From assembly GCA_043228905.1 (NCBI GenBank), contig JBHGNT010000131.1, forward strand, positions 7,190 through 71,189: a DNA stretch of 64,000 nt. Direction: 5' to 3'. Below are positions 55,877-64,000 of this stretch, piece after piece. This DNA is from Azolla caroliniana (Eukaryota; Plantae; Polypodiophyta). The notes under the pieces were generated by a model, which made no database searches, was not told the origin of the DNA, and was given only the letters and a program-made list of their open reading frames with translations. Within the stretch, counting starts at the first letter, position 1. The number at the start of each line of letters is the position of its first letter. Position numbers and translations under genes: made by a program.

Positions 55877-58800
55877 GTCCGGCCAAAATAGGAGCCATTT
55901 GGTTGGACCATCCTAGTTATGTAGAGTCAGTACCTAGTTGTGGTTCCATTTCATCAAATCAAGTTAGTAGAGTTTTTTCTGCACAAGTCGAGCTTAGCAC
56001 ATCTACAGGTCATCGCGCCCTAGCCTCTGCCCTCCTAGATTCCGGAGCCAATTCTTGTTTCATGGATCGCGAGTTTGCATTGACTCAAAACATCATCTTG
56101 AAAAAACTCCCAAACCCAGTAGCTGTAGGAGTCATCGATGGTCGCCCTATAGCATCAGGAGATATAGTCGAAGAGTCTGAACCAATTCGTGTAGTCCTAG
56201 GTAATTTGGCTAGTGTCATCTCATTTAACATCATTAGTAGTCCGGAGCACTCTCTAGTTCTTGGTCTTCCTTGGTTTGAGTTACATAACCCAACCATTGA
56301 TTGGAGAAAAAGAACTATTGAAGAGGTCACCGTACAATCCAAGTCTCTTGAAGCTCCAACTAAGGATCTAGGATCCCCCACAATTTCAACAATCTCTATA
56401 CATCAATTACGAGAGGATGGAAGAAAGGAAGACATGATGGTATTTGCGGTTTTAGCAACTCCCTCATCTAGCTCACAAGAATTGGGGGTCCAACTACCAA
56501 AGAAGTACATAGAATTCTCCGATGTGTTCGATAAGGTGAAGGCTAATAGACTACCAGAGCATCGACCATATGATTGCCCAATTGATTTGCAGCCAGGAAA
56601 AGAGCCTCCATGGGGACCAATTTATAATCTTTCGCCCACGGAGTTAGAGGTTCTTCGAGAATATATCAATGAGAACTTGGCAAATGGTTTTATCCAACAT
56701 TCAAAATCTCCTGCTGGTGCACCCATCTTTTTCGTTAAGAAGAAAGATGGTACGCTTCGTATGGTCGTGGATTATCGAGGCTTGAATAAAGTGACCGTTA
56801 GAAACCGATATGCTCTCCCATTGATCTCAAGCCTTCTAGAACGCCTCAGTGAAGCAAAGTATTTCACGAAGTTAGATCTTCGAGGTGCCTACAACCTTGT
56901 TCGAATTCGTCCTGGGGATGAATGGAAGACGGCGTTCCGCACTCGCTATGGTCATTTTGAGTACACAGTGATGCCTTTTGGCCTCACGAATGCACCAGCA
57001 GTCTTCCAACATATGGCGAATGATATTTTTCGAGACTTCCTCGATATCTTCATCATTGTTTACCTGGATGATATCTTGATCTACTCAAAAACTCAAGAAG
57101 AACATGATATACATGTTCGCCAAGTTTTGCAACGGCTACGAGAGTATGGTCTCTATGCAAAATTGGAGAAGTGTAGTTTCGACCAACGTCAAGTGGAGTT
57201 TTTGGGGTACATAGTCTCTTCAAATGGCATCTCTATGGATCCATCAAAGGTTCAAACAATTTTGGATTGGCAAACACCACAGTCCGTGCGAGATGTGCAA
57301 TGTTTTTTGGGGTTCGCAAACTTTTATCGCAAGTTCATCAAAGACTATTCAAAAATTGTGTTGCCCCTCACTCAACTGACGCACAAGAATCGATCATTTG
57401 TATGGAGTATAGATGCGAACTCTGCATTTGAGGGTTTAAAGCAAGAATTTACATCCGCACCAATCTTAATCCATGTCGATCCAATGAGGCGCTTTATACT
57501 TGAAGCTGATGCATCGGATTTCGCACTCGGAAGTGTACTATCCCAAATTGGTGATGATGGTGAACTGCACCCGGTGGCTTTTCACTCACGAAAATTTGAA
57601 GCCGCAGAAATCAACTATGAGATTCACGACAAAGAGCTTCTTGCCATTGTGGATTCTTTTCAACAATGGCGTCATTTTCTGGAGGGTTCTTCTCAGCAGA
57701 TTATTGTCTACAATGATCATAAAAATCTAACATACTTTCAAAGTGCTCGAGTCTTGAATCGACGACAAGCTCGTTGGGCGCAGTTCTTAACTCGTTTCGA
57801 TTTTGTAATTCTATATCGCCCTGGGATGCAACAAGGAAAAGCAGATGCTTTATCTAGACGTTCGTATATGGAACTTCAACCTGGAGAGGCCGCATTTGAA
57901 AGCCAAAAGCAAATCCTCTTAGGTCCTGATCGTCTACGAATAATGGCAATGCATACCATCAACACACCGGGAGATTCAAGGCTTCTTGATTCCATTCGTG
58001 AGCAGATTGCGACTGATGCGTTCGCCCAAGAGGTTTTGAGCCATATTATCCCAAATCGTGCATCTAGCTCCCAAACTCAAAATCCTCGTCTAGACTACAC
58101 CCAGTTTAGTTGGCATGATGGGTTACTTTTTCGACAAACTCTCTTGTATGTGCCTGACGGTCCTTCTCGACTCAAAGTCATGCAACAATGTCATGACACA
58201 CCAATGGCGGGACACTTCGGCATCCACAAGACTTTTGAGTTGATTTCTCGTCGATATTGGTGGCCACGGCTTCGCGATTTTGTTACGGATTATGTTCGTA
58301 GCTGTGATACATGTTGCCGATCAAAAAAGCCTCGACATCATCCATATGGCTTATTATAGCCAATGCCTATTCCGGAGAGCCCATGGAAATCTATTTCCTT
58401 GGACTTTATTACGGATCTTCCACCTTCCAAGGGATTTGATTCGATTCTCACTGTTGTCGATCGTTTTACGAAGATGGCACATTTCCTTCCATGCACAAAG
58501 ACCATTACTAGTCAAGAGACAGCTGATTTACTCATGCGGGAGGTGTTTCGCCATCATGGTCTTCCGGATGATATTATCAGTGATCGGGGTCCCCAATTCA
58601 TCTCGAAATTTTGGCGGCACATGTTCAGACTCTTACATACTTCTTGTAAACTCTCTTCTGGCTACCATCCAGAGACTAATGGGCAGAGTGAGCGCACCAA
58701 CCAAACAGTCGAGCAATATCTACGTTGTTTTGTCAACTATCAACAAGATGATTGGGTGGATTTACTACCTTTGGCAGAATTTGCTTATAACAACTCCGAG

Positions 58801-59508
58801 CATTCTTCTACTGGATATTCCCCATTTTTTGCAAACATTGGGTACCATCCTCGTTGGACGATGCTTGAACATCCTGAACTCCCAAAAAACCCAGCTGCTG
58901 AAGATCGGATCACTCGACTCCAAGAAGTTCAGGATATGCTTTTGCATCATTTATGTGAAGCCCAAAACACTCAAAAGAAGATTGCTGACCGTCATCGGCG
59001 TGATTCATCGACTACATTTCAAGTAGGAGATCGTGTATGGCTCTTACAAGGTAGCATTAAAACGACCCGACCTTGCTACAAATTGGATTATCAACGTTTT
59101 GGCCCATATGTCATAAGTGGTAAGATCAATGATGTGACATTTCGTCTTGATCTTCCTCCTCATATGCGTCTTCACCCGGTCTTCCATGTTTCACTTTTGG
59201 AGCCTTACACAACGAGCTCTATTCCGGGTCGTGTTACACCTCCCCCACCTCCAATTGACGTTTCCAATGGCTCTGAATATGAGGTTGCCGCTATCCTCGA
59301 CTCCAAGATCATTCGCAACAAACTATACTACTTGGTTGATTGGTTAGGCTATACACCTAATGATCGAACATGGGAGCCTGCCGAACATCTTGCCAATGCC
59401 TCCGACATGGTTGTTGCATTTCACAACCAATATCCTCATAAACCAAGTCTGAACTCTTTTCTTCCGACTCGTGCAACTCGTCATCGAAAAGGGGGGATAA
59501 TGTCATGA
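55861..59508 (+). CDS. Chromovirus pol (PR-RT-RH-IN-chromodomain), -1 frame to gag, one in-frame TAG at 58357-58359
   Basis: Motifs LLDSGAN, YLDDILIYS, ADASDFALG, HDTPMAGH..CDTC, ISLDFI..SDRG..ERTNQ, GPY and EYEVAAILDS..YLVDWLGY..RTWEP. Confidence 0.92.
55864..55915 (+). other. Predicted -1 ribosomal frameshift signal (G_UUA_AAC plus H-type pseudoknot)
   Basis: Heptamer at 55864-55870 and a 6-nt spacer. Stem 1 is gtccggccaaa/tttggttggac. Loop tagga pairs with tccta at 55911-55915. Identical in the minus-strand copy. Confidence 0.75.
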
Positions 59509-60180
59509 AGACATACATCTTGGCTTATCATGACATTCATCTTGGCGAACCAGGAATCGAACCCATAACCTCTTGGTTTACATATTGTACTTTAACCATT
59601 GTAATAACATATGTGAGATGTAATCATAATAATTATATGTTTAGTTATTACGAGATATTTAGAACATTCTAGATTATTCTAGAATGTTCTTGAATATTTC
59701 ATGATTATATTTATTATTATTATTATTCATAAATATCTAAAATATTCTAGAACATTCTAGAATACTCCATAAGGGCCTATAAATAAGAGTCCATACACTC
59801 ATCACAACTCATTCGGTTCAACACCAGTCTTTAGCCCTTAGCCTACTCCTTGTAATCTTCTTTCTCATAATATAATCGCATTCCCATTTCTTATCTCTCA
59901 CTTATACTTTTCTCTCTCTCGCACTCTCTCCCTCTTTCACTCTCTTTCTATCACTATCGCTATCTCTACCGCTCTCGCCATCTCTATCGTTATCGTTATC
60001 TCTATCGCCATCGCTCTCTCTCTCTGCTTCCTACTCAAGAGTCACGACACCGGATATTGCATATGTTGTCGGAGTAGTTAGTCGGTTCATGAGCAATCCG
60101 GGAAGAGAGCACTGGAACGCGGTCAAGTGGATAGTCCTGTATCTGAAGGGCACCTCGAATATGTGCCTCCGGTTTGGCTC

Positions 60181-61104
60181 GAGATGTGCGTGTCACAAGC
60201 GCAGACAAGCACCGGGCCTCTATCCGCTAGTGGTTATGGAGGATTGACGATGGGATTTCCGCGCCTACGGGTCAGTTGAACAGGACCACCAAGGTCTTTG
60301 ACCGGGGAGAACAAATCGGGTGACTTGTGTTTGTAAGGAATTGGCCATTTAGGCTTATCATCGAGTCGTCCTTTGTTGTCGAAGACGCTCCCGAACCCGA
60401 CTCAATGGTGCGGTAGATTGACGTGTAGGTAGCTGAAGTAACACACTAATGTGGTTGAGAGTGTGTGAGAGAGAGAAACGAAAATTGAGGAAGTATTTAA
60501 GATAGATAGATAGATAGATGTAGACGGATTGAAATTCCAATTCTAGGTTTGAACCCTTCACTTTAATTTAGAGAAACAAGACACATCGCCAATAAGATAC
60601 CTAGGTTTTCTTATTAAAATATCTTGGTTTAATCCATAGCTTGCTTGATACATAGCTTGTTTGATTCATCGATCGATTCCCACTTATATAGATGCCCCCA
60701 TGCATATGTGCATGTGAGGGTGTAAGACATGCATACAATGCATGAAATGCATGCGAGGCATGATTGCCATTTGGCGCTCATGCATCACATGTGATGCATG
60801 ATGACCATGTACCTCATCCAAGCTCTCATGTATGAGCATTCACATGTGAAAAACATAACGATGATTTGAAGAAATAACTTAGCCTAATGGTAAGTCAGTT
60901 GTCTTCTATCTTGGAGGTGCAAGGTTCAATACTTGCACCCCTTCGCATGCTTGAAAATGCAAATAGGCTTTAGGTGTTCTCATTACATTTATATTTACAA
61001 CATGCTAATGTATGAGTGTAACCATCACCCCTTTCATTCGTGTGCACATTACACCTTCTCGATTCCACGCGATTTTCACACTGTTGTCGAAAATCTTCAC
61101 GACA
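60181..61104 (-). mobile_element. Solo-LTR-like insertion related to 47891-48756
   Basis: Same right end (gattttcacac..gaaaatcttcacgaca) and a shared tatagatgccc..atgcat..tttggcgctcatg block. It interrupts copia ggctc|cggtaa. The left terminus is damaged. Confidence 0.8.
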
Positions 61105-61944
61105 TCGGTAAACCCCAACTTAACGGTTTCACGGATTCAGATATGTCGGCTGATGCGGATACCAGTCGAGCTACATTCGGATATATCATGACTTATGCAG
61201 GGGGTGCTGTATCATGGCAATCAAGGCTGCAGAAGTCCGTTGCACTATCGAAGTACATGGCAGCTGTGCAAGCCAGCAAGGAGATAATTTGGATGAAGGA
61301 TTTCATTGGAGAGGTAGGGATCCGGCAGGAGGAATTCCGGCTCTACTACGACAATCAAAGTGCCATCCACCTTGCGAATAATGCGGCCTACCATTCCTGG
61401 ACGAAGCATATCCAACCAAGGTATCATTGGATCCAGGAGAAAGTAGAAGATCAAGACTTCGTGCAAACGAAGATCCACACGAAGAACGGATCGGATATGC
61501 TAACCAAGGTGCTATCAGCTGACAAACTAGACATGTGCCGGAAACGGATCGGATTAAGAGAAATCCCATGCCGGAGTGAAGGGGGAATTTGTTGGGAATT
61601 CAGTCCCTCCGGATGGTATTCGGATGACAACCGGAGAAGCCGGATCGGACGAGTTGGATGAAGGAACAAGATCCGAAAGGGTTCCAGATGAGACTCGGAA
61701 ACCGGATGGATCCGGTGCCAACCGGATCCAAGGACATATGTGTAAATATGTTTCATGGTGAGCCCATCGAGGCTATATTTGTAAATAGCCCAAATGTCAT
61801 ATAAGTATAAATATGACTTAGGGCAATCACTTTAGTGATGATGCTGTAATAGAGTGTTGATAGAGCGTGTACACAAAGAGTGAGAGATAGAGAGAGACAC
61901 TCCGATCCGACAACGGAGGCGAATATACCTCCTAGCAGTACCTG

Positions 61945-62567
61945 TCCAAAAAAGGTATTCGACATCAAAAGACTGTTCCTTACACACCCATGTAGAATGG
62001 AGTGGTAGAACGGATCAACCGAACAATCCAGGAGAGGGTGATGGCAATGCTCCAACAAGCCGGACTAAAACTGGAGTTCTAGGCTAAAGCATTGCAAATG
62101 ACAGTATACTTTGTAAATCTATCACCGTCGAAGGTAATCAGGCTCGAAGTGCCACAGGCACTATGGTCAGGCAAACAACCGACCTACAATAGGCTCCATG
62201 TATTCGGATGTGAAGCCCGATGGAAGAATCTGAACCTCTTAGTTCGGCACTTAGGAGATCTGGACGAGCTCGAAGGCAGAAAGAGTTCTACCAACTTGGC
62301 CTCGACTATGTCAACTACATCGATGCAGGAGAACCAAGCACTTATGAAGAAGCTATGGCTGCAACGGACGTCGAAACATGGCTACAAGCCATGAAATTCG
62401 AAATGGACTCGATTCACAAGAATTAGACATGGGAGCTGGTCAAACTACAAATTGGGTTTCAAACAAGAACATGGGGTCGACTACTCCGAGATATTCTCAC
62501 CAGTAGTCAAGATGACCACCCCCTCCGAGATATTCTCACACAGAAAACCTAGAGCTCGAGCAGATGG
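61945..62567 (+). mobile_element. Old copia integrase/RT fragments
   Basis: TVPYTP..NGVVERINRTIQERV, GEPSTYEEAM..WLQAM and GVDYSEIFSPVVKMTT, with multiple deletions. Confidence 0.75.
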
Positions 62568-64000
62568 TGTCATGAACACATGACCATTATGGCGTCACCC
62601 AAACTTGAACCTCGAACCTTGTAATCCATAATTGAAAACCTCAATCATTAAGATAGCTTATTGTCATATCAAAGGATATAAGCTACTTTTTGTATTAGAT
62701 TGATTATTGTAAAAACTCTAGATCATTCTAGAATGTTCTAGAATGTCCTAGAACATTCTAGGTCTAGAACATTCTAGAACATTATAGAAATCTCTAAGCT
62801 ATTCTATAGGAACCTATAAATAAGGGCATACATGTATTCTCAAATCAATTCGAATCAACACTAGTCTTTAGCTCTCATTACATATCTTGTATCCATTCTC
62901 TTTCTTTCTCTATCTTAATACACTCATTCTTCTATTAGCATTTCGTTCCTTTCTTCTCGTGTTCCCTTATATCCTTCTTCTATCACTCTATCTTTTATTC
63001 TTGGTTTTGACAGTTTGATTCAAATTCCCTCACTCACTCTCTCTCTCTCTCTCTCATCCTCCTCTGTAACCATCACGAAACCATGGTTGCCATTAACTCA
63101 GAAGAATATCTCACCCTTGTTGCAGAAATGGAGAATATTAAATCCAAGTTCGCATCTCTTGAAGTAGAGAATCAACGTCTACTTGGGGATCTACAAAAGG
63201 TTACTATAGAAAAGCGGCAACAACAAGAGGAGTTCACACGACAAGTTCAACAATTAGAGTCGACAATCGTAGTGTTACAACAACAAAGGGTCGAAGGTCA
63301 AGGACTTATCAAGGAATCCAAAATCAGCCTCCCAGCTAAATTTGATGGTTCAAGGGCGCATTTCCGAGGTTTCTTGAATCAAGTATGGTTGGTGATTCAA
63401 ATGCATCCCAAACGTTATCCGGCAGATGCATCACGAGTCGGGTTAGTGGGCACCTTATTGACTGGCATAACGTTCTCGTAGTTTGCTCCATTGCTAGAGA
63501 AAAATTCTCCTCTACTGAATAATTTTGAGGAATTTATCAAAGAATTTAAGGCTTGTTTCGGAGATACTAATGGGGTGAGAACAATTATCCTCAAGATTCG
63601 TACACTACGTCAAGGTGATCAGCTAGGTTCGACATATGTAACCAATTTCCATCTTGTCGCAAGCAATATTCCTTGGGATGAACAAGCCCTAATGGAGCAA
63701 TTCCATCCAGGCCTTTGTAGTGATGTCAAAGACTTACTTCCTACCTTCCCTAAGGATCCAAGGTCACTTACAAAAGCTATTAGTTGAGCAATACAAGGTG
63801 ATAATCGCCTTTTTGAGCATCAATGTGAGTGACAACAACAAATAACAAGATCAAGATTCACACCAACTTATGCATCAGTAACGACACAATCATCCCCAAG
63901 GCAAACATATAGCCCTGCTCCAACTCCAAGGCAAACACGTAGTCCAGTCCCAATGGATAATCCTACACCCATGGACATCGATATCACTCAACGACGAGGA
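62568..64000 (+). mobile_element. Tcn1-like chromovirus 5' part (LTR 62568-63012, decayed gag from 63083), running off the window
   Basis: tgtcatg...ttgaca LTR with TATA at ~62815. The gag KISLPAKFDGSRAHFRGFLNQV contains stops. Confidence 0.9.

Larger units (their letters stand above)
54141..60049 (+). mobile_element. Full-length young Tcn1-like Gypsy chromovirus
   Basis: Apparently identical 549-bp LTRs at 54141-54689 and 59501-60049. TSD CCGGA at 54136-54140 and 60050-60054. PPT gaaaaggggggataa before 59501. Confidence 0.97.
51588..61925 (+). mobile_element. Decayed Ty1/copia element interrupted by a chromovirus and a solo LTR
   Basis: U5 remnant at 51588-51700, PBS tggtatcaaagc at 51704-51715, gag from 51726. 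About 0.9 kb of integrase is deleted at ~53186. RT is split at 54140/60055, RH runs to 61579, then PPT and a truncated 3' LTR from 61590. Confidence 0.9.

Noticed and set aside
58357-58359. Programmed stop-codon readthrough in pol
   Set aside because: The sister copy has CAG (GLLQPMP) here, so this is a C>T mutation.

Overview
Plant nuclear DNA, most likely a fern or other non-seed plant. This is inferred from Tcn1-like chromoviruses, PLS-type PPR remnants and TE-filled introns. There are two host genes. One is a 14-exon, ~1278-aa plant 53BP1-like tandem-BRCT gene with an extra C-terminal BAH domain (9458-23783). The other is an intronless 928-aa 'PRISFS/ADELF'-family Ser-rich gene (30047-32833). 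Most of the remainder is transposon-derived. It includes an intact, very young, CCGG-rich Ty1/copia element (1712-7096), hAT MITEs, LINE fragments, PPR pseudogene pieces, and a deeply nested LTR cluster from 37.6 kb to the end. The best observations concern four Tcn1-like Gypsy chromoviruses. (i) They have no tRNA PBS but a self-priming site whose complementarity covaries between families. (ii) Every LTR carries an antisense tRNA-like A/B-box module next to heat-shock-element arrays. (iii) One copy has a rearranged 5' LTR that reads like 'self-primer + minus-strand strong-stop DNA'. (iv) A G_UUA_AAC/pseudoknot -1 frameshift joins gag and pol. Also notable are a TG..CA fold-back mini-element with a 5-bp TSD and solo-LTR-like inserts with 4-bp CCGG/CCGT targets. 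All calls were made by eye without database searches, so family names and novelty need verification.
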